The notes under the pieces are model-generated. The model was not told where the DNA came from and did not search any database. It worked only from the letters and a program-made list of their open reading frames with translations. Position numbers and translations under genes: made by a program. Below, one piece after another: positions 9,119 through 19,955 of a stretch of 64,000 nucleotides of DNA. Within the stretch, counting starts at the first letter, position 1, and each line of letters opens with the position of its first letter. The stretch is taken from the NCBI GenBank assembly GCA_041307885.1, contig JBFZCO010000062.1:3904-67903 (forward strand), in the 5' to 3' direction. This DNA comes from Burkholderiales bacterium. GTDB taxonomy: Bacteria > Pseudomonadota > Gammaproteobacteria > Burkholderiales > Burkholderiaceae.

Positions 9119-9729
9119 GATTTAGGAGATTTAATTACAGTTGGTTTGATGCCCATGCTCGATAACTTATCTCGCACGGCATTGCTTTCTTCAACACTAT
9201 TGTAGGGGCCAACACGAACACGCCATAGGGTATTACCTTCGCTACTGACTTCGCTCAATTGCGATTGAATACCCTGAATTGCCAAGCTAGCCTTTTGGGC
9301 ATCAGCTTCAGTACGCTTATTAAACGCGCCTACTTGCAAGAAGTAAATGGCCTCAGACTTCACCACAGGCGCTACCGGAACTTCAGCCGGTTTTTTGCCT
9401 ATCGCCAAATCCCCAATAGGGTCAGAGGAACTGGTAGTTGGTAAAGCCGGCCTACCCTGTAAGGGTTTATTGAGATCCAGCGGCTCTGCTGGCTGCGCAG
9501 CCTCACCATCAGCAGGGGCAGGGGTTGGCTTAATAGTTAATGGGAGATTTGGGGCTCTAATGCCTGGGCGCTCTTGGGGGGTATTTTTCGAAAGGTAGAA
9601 GGCAATGATGAAAGCAATACCTAAACCAACCCCTAAACCCAATATGAAGCCAAGAATAGTGCCGCCATACTCCGAACCTGGGGTGTCGTTTTGCACAACC
9701 ATTGTGGTCTGCCTCTCTATTTTCCTCAT
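9115..9729 (-). CDS. SPOR-domain cell division protein (FtsN-like)
   Basis: Single TM, Pro-rich linker, C-terminal SPOR domain (YFLQVGAF, WRVRVGPY); lies between argS and dsbA. Start moved to ATG 9729. Confidence 0.85.
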   Translation of the reverse strand: MRKIERQTTMVVQNDTPGSEYGGTILGFILGLGVGLGIAFIIAFYLSKNTPQERPGIRAPNLPLTIKPTPAPADGEAAQPAEPLDLNKPLQGRPALPTTSSSDPIGDLAIGKKPAEVPVAPVVKSEAIYFLQVGAFNKRTEADAQKASLAIQGIQSQLSEVSSEGNTLWRVRVGPYNSVEESNAVRDKLSSMGIKPTVIKSPKS

Positions 9730-9778
9730 CCTATCCCCACCGTTCTTTTGGACTAATACAGTATTTCCAAGACTAAGC

Positions 9779-11524
9779 TTACATCTTAGCGGGTGCTGAA
9801 ACACCTAATACTTTCAAACCATTTTCTAACACTTGGCGCGTGGCTGATAGTAAGGCCAAACGCGCTAACTTCAGAGCTAAATCATCTACCAGAACACGAT
9901 CTGCACTATAAAAGGTATGGAAGTCGCCAGCCAAATCGCGTAAATAGAATGCTAAAGCATGTGGTGCCAGATCGGCGGCTGCATCATGCAATATCTCTGG
10001 ATACTCAGCTAAGCGACGTAAAAGATGATCTGATGCCTTACTTTGCAATAAAGAGAGGTCTGCTTCTTTCAGCATGGTAACTTGGCCACCCCACTGACTC
10101 AAAATAGAGCAAATTCGGGCATGCGCATATTGCACATAAAACACTGGATTCTCATCGTTTTGCTGCAGAGCAAGATCAATATCAAACACAAATTCAGTAT
10201 CGGCCTTACGAGAGATTAAGAAAAAACGTACCGCATCACGCCCACGCTGTAAAGCGAACTCGCGTTCAGCGGGAGTCATTTCTGGAGTGACGCCACCAGA
10301 CCACTCCACTAAATCACGCACAGTTACATATGATCCAGCTCTCTTAGAGATTTTGACTTCTTCGCCATGGCGCATTACTGTCACCATCTTATGCAAAACA
10401 TAGTCAGGGTAGGCTTTAGGAATATCCCAACCCCGCTTTTGTGCAACACCTTGCAGACCAGAGCGAACACGAGCAATCGTCCCGTGGTGATCACTGCCTT
10501 GTACATTGATCACCTTCTTAAAGCCCCGGCCCCACTTGCTAGCGTGATATGCCACATCTGGAACAAAATAAGTAAAGGTTCCATCAGACTTACGCATGAC
10601 ACGATCTTTATCATCACCATCATTCGTGGTCTTTAACCACAGTGCGCCCTCAGATTCATAAGTCTTGCCAATGTCTTGCAAGTCTTGAACAATATGCGCC
10701 ACGCTGCCATCGGTATACAAAGAAGATTCTAGGTAATAACAATCAAACTTAACGCCAAAAGTTTTTAAATCAATATCTTGTTCATTACGTAAATACGCCA
10801 CCGCAAATTGACGAACTGCTTCTACCTTGTCAGCTTCCGATAAATCATTGCGATAGCTTGGACTAACTTGATAAGCTGCAGCAATTTCTGCAATGTACTC
10901 ACCGTTATAAGCACTTTCAGGCCAATCTCGATCTCCTGGCTTCAATCCATTTAAGCGCGCTAAAACTGAAAGCGCTAAGTTGGCAATCTGCACTCCAGCA
11001 TCGTTGTAATAAAACTCACGATGCACTTTGATGCCTTGAGTTGCCAACAAATTGGCGAGCGCATCACCTAAGGCTGCTTGACGGCCATGACCAACATGCA
11101 GTGGCCCAGTAGGGTTAGCAGATACGAACTCAATCATGGCGCTATCTATTGGGGCCGCACTTGGAAGAACCTGACCAAACTGCGCTCCTTCCGAAAGAAT
11201 CTCTCGCACCACAGCAGTCTTAGAAGAATTACTAAGGCGAAAATTAATGAAGCCAGGGCCTGCGATATCGCAAGATGCAATTAAATCACTGTAGCCAGGC
11301 TGTTGCTGCAAACGATCGACTAAAGTCTGAGCCAAATCGCGTGGATTGAGCTTCCAAGCCTTGGAAAGCTGTAGAGCGATATTGCATGCAACATCACCAT
11401 GATCTACGGCCTTGGGACGCTCTAAACGTGGCTGTGGAGCCTGGCCAAGATCCCGCTCTAAAGCCAAACCTTGCAGAGCAGCGCTTAGCATTTCAATTAA
11501 ACGATTTTTATTAGTTGCCAACAT
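9779..11524 (-). CDS. argS: Arginine--tRNA ligase
   Basis: [31 protein letters not shown] and YVQYAHAR motifs. Confidence 0.97.
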   Translation of the reverse strand: MLATNKNRLIEMLSAALQGLALERDLGQAPQPRLERPKAVDHGDVACNIALQLSKAWKLNPRDLAQTLVDRLQQQPGYSDLIASCDIAGPGFINFRLSNSSKTAVVREILSEGAQFGQVLPSAAPIDSAMIEFVSANPTGPLHVGHGRQAALGDALANLLATQGIKVHREFYYNDAGVQIANLALSVLARLNGLKPGDRDWPESAYNGEYIAEIAAAYQVSPSYRNDLSEADKVEAVRQFAVAYLRNEQDIDLKTFGVKFDCYYLESSLYTDGSVAHIVQDLQDIGKTYESEGALWLKTTNDGDDKDRVMRKSDGTFTYFVPDVAYHASKWGRGFKKVINVQGSDHHGTIARVRSGLQGVAQKRGWDIPKAYPDYVLHKMVTVMRHGEEVKISKRAGSYVTVRDLVEWSGGVTPEMTPAEREFALQRGRDAVRFFLISRKADTEFVFDIDLALQQNDENPVFYVQYAHARICSILSQWGGQVTMLKEADLSLLQSKASDHLLRRLAEYPEILHDAAADLAPHALAFYLRDLAGDFHTFYSADRVLVDDLALKLARLALLSATRQVLENGLKVLGVSAPAKM

Positions 11525-11559
11525 AGATAAGTGAGTTTATCAGGTGGTAAGCTATGGAA

Positions 11560-11877
11560 ATGATCTATCAATTTCGCTCTAAAGCGGGCCCAGATGTCAT
11601 TATGTTGGCAGACCTTAGCCAACGGATATTTGATATTTTGGGTCGCCCACTTGAACCCAGGGGAATTTTGACGGTAGAACAATTACCAGCACTCATCACC
11701 ACCCTTGAAACCGCGATTCTAAAAGACTTAGAAGAGCGTGCTAAAAGCCATGAAGCTGAGCAAGAAAATAGGGAAAAACCCAAGCTGGCTGACAGATTAG
11801 GGCAACGTGCTTATCCATTTCTTGAGCTGATGAAGCAAGCTAAATCTAAAGATGAACCCGTAGTTTGGGGGGTTTAA
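11560..11877 (+). CDS. DUF1840 family protein
   Basis: MIYQFRSKAGPDVIM N-terminus and LGQRAYPFLELM...VVWGV C-terminus; divergent from argS. The second ATG (11560) fits the family start. Confidence 0.75.
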   Translation: MIYQFRSKAGPDVIMLADLSQRIFDILGRPLEPRGILTVEQLPALITTLETAILKDLEERAKSHEAEQENREKPKLADRLGQRAYPFLELMKQAKSKDEPVVWGV

Positions 11878-11889
11878 CCCAGCTCAAGG

Positions 11890-14643
11890 TTAATCGATCA
11901 AACTAGCTAACTGGCGACGTACGTCATCTACAGATTCTCCACGACGCTTAGCAAGATCTTCCAATTGATCAGCTGAAATTTTGCCAACATTAAAGTAACG
12001 GGCATCTGGATGTGCCAGATAAAAACCGCTAACGCTTGATGCTGGATTCATGGCCATTGATTCAGTCAAAGTCATGCCAATATCTTCAGACCCGATCACA
12101 CGCAATAAATCCTTTTTCACTTCATGCGCAGGGCAAGCAGGATAGCCAGGAGCTGGACGAATACCGCGATATTCCTCGTTAACCATTTGATCATTAGTGA
12201 GAATCTCGTCGCAAGCATAGCCCCATAGATCGGTCCGTACACGGTGGTGCATGAGCTCTGCAAATGCTTCTGCTAACCGATCAGCTAAAGCCTTCAACAT
12301 AATGGCACTGTAGTCATCATGTTTAGCCTGGAACTCAGCCACTTTTTTTTCTACGCCATGGCCAGTTGTGACAGCAAAGCAGCCCAAGTAATCTGCCACA
12401 CCAGAATCCTTAGGTGCAACATAATCAGCTAGGCAACGATTTGGGCGACGCACACCATCCACTATTGGACGTTCAGCTTGCTGACGTAGGTTATGCCAAA
12501 CAAAGAGTGGGTGCTGTCTTGTCTCATCGCTATACAAAACGATATCGTCACCAACAGTATTGGCTGGGTAAAAAGCTACCACCGCATCCGCTTGCAACCA
12601 TTGCCCTTTGATGATCTTATCAAGCAGAGCCTGCGCATCTGCATAAACCTTACGGGACTCTATTCCTACAACTTCATCATCTAAGATTGCTGGAAACTTA
12701 CCTGCTAAATCCCATGTCTGAAAGAATGGGGTCCAATCGATATATTTAGCAATCTCGCTTAGTGCGAAATTCTTAAAGACACGGCGTCCAATAAACTTTG
12801 GCTTTTCAGGTACATAACTCGCCCAATCAATCAGCTCCCGATTTTTGCGAGCAGCCTCTAAGGAGATAGTAGGTGCCGCCTTCTTATTGGCATGCTGTTC
12901 ACGAATGCGCACATAATCATCGCGCAAATCTTGAATAAATTTTTTGGCACTTTCATCAGAAAGCAAGCTGGATGCCACTGATACAGAACGAGAAGCATCG
13001 GGCACATAGACCACAGGGCCATCGTAATGTGGGGCAATCTTCACGGCAGTGTGAACACGTGAAGTAGTCGCGCCACCAATCATCAGAGGAATCTGGCGCT
13101 CACGGAAGTAATCATCACGTTGCATCTCTTGGGCAACGTAAGTCATCTCCTCAAGCGAAGGCGTGATTAAGCCAGATAAACCTACGATGTCAGCGTTCTC
13201 TTCTTTGGCACGCTTAAGAATTTCCGCACAAGGAACCATCACACCCATATTGGCTACTTCAAAGTTATTACATTGCAATACCACTGTCACAATATTTTTA
13301 CCAATATCGTGAACATCGCCCTTCACGGTAGCCATCACAATTTTGCCTTTGGCCTTAGCTTCGCCGCCTGAGGCAACATGCAGACGCTTCTCTTCCTCAA
13401 TATAGGGGATCAAAATAGCGACAGCTTGCTTCATGACGCGAGCGCTCTTGACGACTTGAGGCAAAAACATTTTGCCTTCGCCAAAGAGATCCCCGACCAC
13501 GTTCATGCCATCCATCAGTGGACCTTCAATCACTTCAATTGGTCTGCCACCATCACCCATAATTTGAGCACGCAACTCTTCTGTATCTTCTTCAATAAAG
13601 GTAGTGATCCCATGCACCAAGGCATGCGTTAGGCGCTCACGAACAGCATCTTCACGCCATACGAGGTTCTCTACTTGCTTTGCTCCCCCACCTTTAAATT
13701 GATCTGCAATATCGAGTAAGCGTTCGGTAGGTGTTTTGCCATCCTTCTCCTTGAAGCGATTGAGAACAACATCCTCTACCCGTTCACGTAATTGCGGATC
13801 TAAGTCTGCATAAACACCTAGTTGACCTGCATTGACAATACCCATATCCATGCCAGCTTTAATGGCGTGATAAAGAAATACTGTATGAATGGCTTCACGT
13901 ACACGATCATTACCGCGGAAAGAAAAACTGACATTCGATACACCACCACTCACTTTTGCACCTGGGAGATTTTCTTTAATCCAACGCGTCGCATTAATGA
14001 AATCTACTGCGTAGTTGTCATGCTCTTCAATGCCAGTAGCAATGGCAAAGATATTCGGATCAAAAATAATATCTTCGGCAGGAAAGCCGATTTCATTAAC
14101 GAGAATCTCGTAACAACGCTGACAAATCTCAGTCTTACGTTTAAAGGTATCAGCCTGACCTACTTCATCAAATGCCATGACAACTGATGCGGCGCCATAG
14201 CGACGGATCAAGCGTGCCTGCTTTCTGAATGGCTCCTCGCCCTCTTTTAGAGAGATCGAATTCACAATAGGTTTACCCTGAATACATTTCAGGCCCGCTT
14301 CGATCACACTCCATTTTGAGGAATCAATCATGATGGGAACACGAGCGATATCAGGCTCAGAAGCAATCAGATTTAAGAAGCGTGTCATTGCCGCTTCAGA
14401 ATCTAACATCGCTTCATCCATATTGATATCAATCACTTGGGCGCCGTTTTCTACCTGCTGTCTTGCAACCACCAGCGCTTCATCAAATTGATTATTTAAA
14501 ATCATGCGTGCAAATGCTTTTGAGCCCGTCACATTGGTGCGTTCACCAATATTCACAAAGCGCACATCCGCCGTTACATTAAAAGGCTCTAGACCAGACA
14601 GCTTCATAGCTGGCATGACTTTTTTGCCTTCTTTAGCACTCAT
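11890..14643 (-). CDS. metH: Cobalamin-dependent methionine synthase, pterin/B12/reactivation part (split MetH)
   Basis: [21 protein letters not shown] (B12 His), SGLITPSL and [10 protein letters not shown] motifs. Confidence 0.96.
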   Translation of the reverse strand: MSAKEGKKVMPAMKLSGLEPFNVTADVRFVNIGERTNVTGSKAFARMILNNQFDEALVVARQQVENGAQVIDINMDEAMLDSEAAMTRFLNLIASEPDIARVPIMIDSSKWSVIEAGLKCIQGKPIVNSISLKEGEEPFRKQARLIRRYGAASVVMAFDEVGQADTFKRKTEICQRCYEILVNEIGFPAEDIIFDPNIFAIATGIEEHDNYAVDFINATRWIKENLPGAKVSGGVSNVSFSFRGNDRVREAIHTVFLYHAIKAGMDMGIVNAGQLGVYADLDPQLRERVEDVVLNRFKEKDGKTPTERLLDIADQFKGGGAKQVENLVWREDAVRERLTHALVHGITTFIEEDTEELRAQIMGDGGRPIEVIEGPLMDGMNVVGDLFGEGKMFLPQVVKSARVMKQAVAILIPYIEEEKRLHVASGGEAKAKGKIVMATVKGDVHDIGKNIVTVVLQCNNFEVANMGVMVPCAEILKRAKEENADIVGLSGLITPSLEEMTYVAQEMQRDDYFRERQIPLMIGGATTSRVHTAVKIAPHYDGPVVYVPDASRSVSVASSLLSDESAKKFIQDLRDDYVRIREQHANKKAAPTISLEAARKNRELIDWASYVPEKPKFIGRRVFKNFALSEIAKYIDWTPFFQTWDLAGKFPAILDDEVVGIESRKVYADAQALLDKIIKGQWLQADAVVAFYPANTVGDDIVLYSDETRQHPLFVWHNLRQQAERPIVDGVRRPNRCLADYVAPKDSGVADYLGCFAVTTGHGVEKKVAEFQAKHDDYSAIMLKALADRLAEAFAELMHHRVRTDLWGYACDEILTNDQMVNEEYRGIRPAPGYPACPAHEVKKDLLRVIGSEDIGMTLTESMAMNPASSVSGFYLAHPDARYFNVGKISADQLEDLAKRRGESVDDVRRQLASLID

Positions 14644-15704
14644 GCCGATACCTCCGCAGTCTCGCGATAGAAGGCGCGAGGCTTACGTTTAGCAACTGCA
14701 TCTGCTATTGCACGAATATGATCTGGTGTAGTGCCGCAGCAACCGCCTACGAGATTGACTAGACCATCTTTAGCAAATCCATCAACCAAACTAGAAGTAA
14801 TGTCTGGAGTCTCATCAAATCCAGTGTCACTCATCGGATTTGGCAATCCAGCATTAGGATAGCAAGAGACTGCTGCATCGCAAATCCTAGCAAGTTCGGC
14901 GATATAAGGACGCATTAATGCTGCACCCAAAGCACAGTTCAACCCAAAAGTCAGCGGCTTGATATGACGTAAGCTATTCCAAAATGCTTCCACGGTTTGG
15001 CCCGATAAAATGCGTCCCGATGCATCGGTCACCGTTCCCGAAATCATCACTGGCAAACGCTCACCCGTTTCTTCAAAGAATTCATCTAAAGCAAATAGGG
15101 CGGCTTTTGCGTTGAGGGTATCAAAAATAGTTTCAACCAAAAATAAGTCGACCCCGCCAGCAAAAAGCCCTTCAATCTGCTCGCGGTAAGAAGCACGTAA
15201 TGCATCAAAGGTGACATTACGCGCCCCAGGATCATTCACATCTGGTGAAATACTCGCAGTTTTAGGAGTCGGTCCAATTGCGCCCGCAGCAAAACGGGGC
15301 TTATCTGGCGTGCTGTACTTTTCACATGCAGCACGTGCCAACTTTGCAGAGACTTCATTCATCTCATATGCCAAGTTCGCCATTTTGTAGTCTTCTTGAG
15401 CAACTGATGTGGCGCCAAAAGTATTCGTCTCAATAATATCCGCCCCAGCATCCAGATACTGCTCATGAATCTTGCTAATAATGTGGGGTTGAGTAAGTAC
15501 TAATAATTCGTTGTTACCCTTAATATCGCCAGGATGCTCTGCAAAACGCGTATTAGTCGGCAATCCGCGGTAGTCTGCCTCAGATAACTTGTACTGCTGG
15601 ATCATGGTGCCCATGGCACCATCCAAAATCAGAATACGCTGCTTCAGTAGCTCAGGTAATGCCTGGCCACGAGTGTAAGGCTGGGATAAACCATTAGATT
15701 GCAT
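14640..15704 (-). CDS. Homocysteine-binding domain of methionine synthase (N-terminal half of split MetH)
   Basis: LDGAMGT, GLNCALG, PNAGLP and GGCCGTTP Zn-binding motifs; ATGA overlap with the downstream half. Confidence 0.95.
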   Translation of the reverse strand: MQSNGLSQPYTRGQALPELLKQRILILDGAMGTMIQQYKLSEADYRGLPTNTRFAEHPGDIKGNNELLVLTQPHIISKIHEQYLDAGADIIETNTFGATSVAQEDYKMANLAYEMNEVSAKLARAACEKYSTPDKPRFAAGAIGPTPKTASISPDVNDPGARNVTFDALRASYREQIEGLFAGGVDLFLVETIFDTLNAKAALFALDEFFEETGERLPVMISGTVTDASGRILSGQTVEAFWNSLRHIKPLTFGLNCALGAALMRPYIAELARICDAAVSCYPNAGLPNPMSDTGFDETPDITSSLVDGFAKDGLVNLVGGCCGTTPDHIRAIADAVAKRKPRAFYRETAEVSA

Positions 15705-15778
15705 TGCTTAACCGGGATTAATCTCTAGAATCCCTTATTCTATTGGCAAACGCTACTTTTATCTCGCTAGGAGCTCTT

Positions 15779-16228
15779 ATGTTTGGCACTATCCCCGAAT
15801 TTAATCAAAGCCTTGAAATGATGAAAACCATGTGGGGGCAAGCGGCCGCTGGCCAAGCGCCAGGTCAATTCCCTTTCACGACTGATGCCAACAAGGCTGC
15901 AGGGGGATTTGCTAATGCATTCCCAGGCCTAGATACCGATGAGCTTGAAAAGCGCATCAAGGACCTCAAAAGCGTTGAAAATTGGCTCAATCTGAATCTG
16001 AATATTCTTAAATCGACCATTCAAGGCTTAGAGGTACAGCATGCCACCATGATGGCACTCAAGTCCTTTGGAGATGCGGTTTCAGCTTCGGCAGCAGCGG
16101 CAACAGGGGGATCTTCAGACGAGCCTAGTACAAAGGCATCTAAACCACGGAAAACCGCAACACGCCGTCGTCGCAAAGCTGGCGATGCAACTTTCCTTGA
16201 CGAAGTAGGTAATTCAGATGAGCAATAG
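15779..16228 (+). CDS. phaM: PhaM-family PHA-granule multifunctional regulatory protein
   Basis: Core ELEKRIKDLKSVENWLNLNLNILKSTIQGLEVQHAT; AGGAG before ATG 15779. Confidence 0.75.
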   Translation: MFGTIPEFNQSLEMMKTMWGQAAAGQAPGQFPFTTDANKAAGGFANAFPGLDTDELEKRIKDLKSVENWLNLNLNILKSTIQGLEVQHATMMALKSFGDAVSASAAAATGGSSDEPSTKASKPRKTATRRRRKAGDATFLDEVGNSDEQ

Positions 16229-17225
16229 CCTCACCCATAGCAAATGTCATTTGGTGAATATCTAACTCACGTCTAAACAGAACTGGCACTATTTCTCGTG
16301 CAGTTGCAGGACTCTGACACGCACTAAGCGTGTCAGCTAAACGATCTTCATGATGTGCATGCAGCTGAGCAATGCGTGGTTTCATCCCTCTAAATGGCTT
16401 ACCGTGGGATGGCAACACCAAGGTGTCATCAGGCAAAGTTAAGTATTGATCTATCGAGTTGAGATATAGGCCCAATGGATCAGCATCTGGATCTGCATCA
16501 TACACACTCACATTAGTAGATATGCGTGGCAATAGCATGTCGCCAGAAATCAAAATACCCAGTGCCTTACAAAACAAAGATGCATGTTCTGGAGCGTGCC
16601 CGAATCCCATGATGACTTGCCACTCGTGTCCACCAATCAATATCATTTCACCATCCATAATGCGACGATATTGACGCGGTACACCTGGCACCATATTGCT
16701 GTAGTAATTTGAACGAGCGCGAATCTTCTCCAAGTCCTCTGGCGCACTTAAACCATGACGCTGGAAGTGATCAGCGGAACCGCCACTCCCAGCCCGGGTC
16801 CCAACTGCTGCCCCGCCCTCTTTATGGCTTAGCCACTGTGCAGTTAAATAATCCGTCATGGAAATCCATAAAGGGACATTCCATTTCTCGCACAGCCATT
16901 GAGAAAGACCGACATGGTCAGGATGCATATGAGTGACAATCACTCGCAGAACTGGCAACCCCTCTAGCTGAGTGGCAAAGACTTGTTCCCATGCAGATTT
17001 GGTTTCATCATTTGCAATGCCACAATCAATAATGGTCCAGCCTTCACGACCATCGAACCTATCTCGTAAAAGCCATAAATTGATATGGTCTAAGGCAAAT
17101 GGTAGACGCATTCTTAGCCAACGAACACCCGGCACAATCTCTATCGAACTACCGATCTCAGGTACATGATCTGCTAAAGGATAGTTAATTGAACTGTCAG
17201 TAATTGCTTGATTTTTAGTATTCAT
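16140..17225 (-). CDS. MBL-fold metallo-hydrolase
   Basis: THMHPDHVG, GHAPEH, SGD and LPSHG motifs. Confidence 0.9.
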   Translation of the reverse strand: MNTKNQAITDSSINYPLADHVPEIGSSIEIVPGVRWLRMRLPFALDHINLWLLRDRFDGREGWTIIDCGIANDETKSAWEQVFATQLEGLPVLRVIVTHMHPDHVGLSQWLCEKWNVPLWISMTDYLTAQWLSHKEGGAAVGTRAGSGGSADHFQRHGLSAPEDLEKIRARSNYYSNMVPGVPRQYRRIMDGEMILIGGHEWQVIMGFGHAPEHASLFCKALGILISGDMLLPRISTNVSVYDADPDADPLGLYLNSIDQYLTLPDDTLVLPSHGKPFRGMKPRIAQLHAHHEDRLADTLSACQSPATAREIVPVLFRRELDIHQMTFAMGEAIAHLNYLLRQGKLHRQLCDDGVLRFSVV

Positions 17226-17303
17226 CTATCTCAATCGTTAAAGGCAATCTGAGAGCAAGCAAAGAGTGTGCCCATGCCAAAAAGGGTAGCAAAAATTCCT
17301 GTT

Positions 17304-18287
17304 TTATTTATTTACATCTACGATGAGGCGACCACGAACATTGCCAGCCATTAGCTCGGCAGCATATTTAACAGACTCCTCCAAAGTAATCTCATGAGAG
17401 ATTTCATCTAGGGTCTTGAGATCGATCAATTTACTTAATTGCTCATATGCTGCAATACGTTTCGCACGTGGAACTGTGACGCTATTAATGCCATACAAAG
17501 TCACACCACGCAAAATGAAGGGCGCAACGGTTGATGGAAAATCCATTCCTTGTGCAAGGCCGCAAGCAGCAACTGCTCCATCACTTTTTGTTTGTGCGCA
17601 GACATTAGCTAAGGTATGACTGCCAACGCTGTCTACGACAGCAGCCCAACGCTCTTTGGCCAAGGGCTTGCCAGGAGCAGATAAAGCAGCGCGATCAATT
17701 ACCTCTGATGCACCCAATTTTTTAAGATATTCCGCCTCCGCCATACGACCCGTGCTTGCGACCACCGTAAATCCCAACTTACTCAGCAGACTAATAGCAA
17801 AGCTACCCACACCACCAGCCGCCCCAGTCACTAGGACTTCACCATCGCTTGGTACAACTCCATGCTTTTGTAATGCCATAACGCACAGCATTGCCGTGTA
17901 GCCTGCTGTGCCAATTGCTAGTGCCTGCTTTGCCGTAAAGCCTTTAGGCAAAGGTATCAGCCAGTCTGCCTTCACACGAGCCTGCTGAGCTAACCCACCC
18001 CAGTGACCTTCGCCAACACCCCAACCATTCAGAAGCACCATGTCGCCAACTTTGAAGTCAGGGCTTTTGCTTTCCAAAACCTCCCCAGCAAAATCGATAC
18101 CTGGAACCATTGGAAAGCTGCGCACTACTGGACCTTTCCCAGTAATAGCCAAACCGTCTTTGTAGTTCAAGGTGGAATAAAGAACCTTAACCCTGACATC
18201 ACCTTCAGGCAGGCTGGCCTCATCGACCTGAGCGAGCTCTGCACGGTAGCCTTGTTCATCTTTATTTACCAAAATCGCTTTAAACAT
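17304..18287 (-). CDS. acuI: Acrylyl-CoA reductase (NADPH), YhdH/AcuI family
   Basis: STLNYKDGLA, PGIDFAG, GTAGYTA, TGAAGGVGS and PFILRGV motifs; start ATG 18287 after AGGAAG. Confidence 0.88.
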   Translation of the reverse strand: MFKAILVNKDEQGYRAELAQVDEASLPEGDVRVKVLYSTLNYKDGLAITGKGPVVRSFPMVPGIDFAGEVLESKSPDFKVGDMVLLNGWGVGEGHWGGLAQQARVKADWLIPLPKGFTAKQALAIGTAGYTAMLCVMALQKHGVVPSDGEVLVTGAAGGVGSFAISLLSKLGFTVVASTGRMAEAEYLKKLGASEVIDRAALSAPGKPLAKERWAAVVDSVGSHTLANVCAQTKSDGAVAACGLAQGMDFPSTVAPFILRGVTLYGINSVTVPRAKRIAAYEQLSKLIDLKTLDEISHEITLEESVKYAAELMAGNVRGRLIVDVNK

Positions 18288-18374
18288 ATATCTTCCTTTT
18301 AAAACCAGCATCTTCTCCGCAACAAATGCGTAAAGGGTTTATCCTAACGAGCATTGATGATTATGGAGGTTTCC

Positions 18375-18671
18375 ATGAAAAAAATTCTACTCTTAACCGC
18401 ACTCACTAGCTTAACTCTAGTCGGTTGCGCTTCAAGCCAAATTAATATGTCTATGGGCAATATGCGCCTCATCAGCTCTAGCGCATCCCCACAAGAGGTG
18501 ATGGACTTCGCTACTACCACCTGCAAAAATGACTTCTATCAAGGTGCAAGCTTCCTGTCGAAAGCTGGAAAAGAATATCGCTTTAAGTGTGTAAAGGCTG
18601 AAGAAAACGAGGTTTTAATCCCCATTCCGGGAACAACAATCACAGCCGAAACATCAGCTGCTAAAAAATAA
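18375..18671 (+). CDS. Small hypothetical lipoprotein
   Basis: GGAGG before ATG 18375; MKK plus hydrophobic core plus LVGC lipobox. Confidence 0.75.
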   Translation: MKKILLLTALTSLTLVGCASSQINMSMGNMRLISSSASPQEVMDFATTTCKNDFYQGASFLSKAGKEYRFKCVKAEENEVLIPIPGTTITAETSAAKK

Positions 18672-18680
18672 ATAGAATTT

Positions 18681-19169
18681 ATGGCCCCATTCACTTCCCA
18701 AGAGCTACGTAAAGGATTTTCATCATTTGCTACTGGGGTCACTGTGATTACCTGCCTAGATGAAAACCAAGCTCATCATGGCATCACCATTAGCTCTTTC
18801 AATACCGTTTCACTTGAGCCGCCGTTAATTCTGTGGAGCCTTAAAAAGCATTCGCACCTCATGCCCAACTTTGAAGTTGGGAAAAAACAGTTAATTCATG
18901 TGCTAGAGCGATCACAGGAAGCTATGGCCATGCATTTCGCTACAGTTAAAGAAAATCAATTCGATACTATTGCCCATAGAATTGCTGCAAGTGGCCTAAC
19001 GCAAATTGAGGGATGTGCCGCTTACTTTGAGTGCGAAACCGTTTCAGTTCATACTGGTGGGGATCACAATATTATCGTTGCCAAGGTGCTTAATCTAAAA
19101 CACAGTCCTGAAAGTCACCCCCTCATTTTTGCTCACAGCAAATTTGTTGGACTCGATTTTTCTGAATAA
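18681..19169 (+). CDS. Flavin reductase family protein
   Basis: FATGVTVIT, SFNTVSLEPPLI and GGDH motifs. Confidence 0.9.
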   Translation: MAPFTSQELRKGFSSFATGVTVITCLDENQAHHGITISSFNTVSLEPPLILWSLKKHSHLMPNFEVGKKQLIHVLERSQEAMAMHFATVKENQFDTIAHRIAASGLTQIEGCAAYFECETVSVHTGGDHNIIVAKVLNLKHSPESHPLIFAHSKFVGLDFSE

Positions 19170-19199
19170 TTTTTTAAGTCAAATTAAAGAAGGTAAGTC

Positions 19200-19862
19200 A
19201 TGATGAAACTATGGGGAAGAAAATCTTCCATTAACGTACAAAAAGTCTTGTGGTGCCTTGCAGAACTGGGACTAGAAGAAGGGAAGGATTTTGAGCGTAT
19301 TGATGCCGGCTTGCAATTTGGGATAAATCGCACCCCAGAATTTCTTAAGTTAAATCCAAATGGCTTAGTACCTACCCTTGAGGATGGTGATATTGTCCTC
19401 TGGGAATCCAATACCATCTTGCGTTACCTTGCCAAGCAATATGATCGCTCCAAGCAATTTTCTACAGATATTGCCACTCAATACCAATCTGAAAAATGGA
19501 TGGACTGGCAATTAGGAACCATGTGGCCCCCATTACGCGTTGCTGTTCTTGGACTCACCCGAGTTCCCGAGCAAGAGCGTGATTACGCTTTGATAAAGAA
19601 ATCCTACCAAGAGGCAGACTCATTACTGAAGCTGCTAGACCAAGTACTGGCAGTCCACAATTATTGTGCTGGCGACACTTTCCAAATTGGAGACATCCCT
19701 TTAGCACTTTGCGTTAGCCGATGGGTGATGTTGCATCAGTCATTTCCAGAACAAACTGGTCCTCGCACCCAACTGAATAATATTGACGCCTGGATGAAGC
19801 GTGTAGAAGAAAGCACTCAATACCATGTAGTAGCTGAAAAAGTGCTCAACATACCCAAGTAG
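19200..19862 (+). CDS. Glutathione S-transferase (GstB-like)
   Basis: LWGRKSSINVQKV, LNPNGLVP, LWESNTILRYL and WMDW motifs. Confidence 0.9.
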   Translation: MMKLWGRKSSINVQKVLWCLAELGLEEGKDFERIDAGLQFGINRTPEFLKLNPNGLVPTLEDGDIVLWESNTILRYLAKQYDRSKQFSTDIATQYQSEKWMDWQLGTMWPPLRVAVLGLTRVPEQERDYALIKKSYQEADSLLKLLDQVLAVHNYCAGDTFQIGDIPLALCVSRWVMLHQSFPEQTGPRTQLNNIDAWMKRVEESTQYHVVAEKVLNIPK

Positions 19863-19892
19863 CGAACTCATCAATCACTGATTAATCTGATC

Positions 19893-19926
19893 AAAAAAAA
19901 GGGGTGAACTTTGTTCACCCCCTTTT
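19893..19926. terminator. Bidirectional intrinsic terminator between GST and the RND permease
   Basis: A8-GGGGTGAAC-TTT-GTTCACCCC-CTTTT: 9-bp stem with A/T tracts on both sides, between convergent genes. Confidence 0.85.
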
Positions 19927-19955
19927 ACTTTTTACTTTTTACTTTTCAATCGAGA

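Noticed and set aside
15705-15778. Possible cobalamin or SAM riboswitch upstream of metH
   Set aside because: The gap is only 74 bp, is shared with phaM, and shows no recognisable aptamer core.
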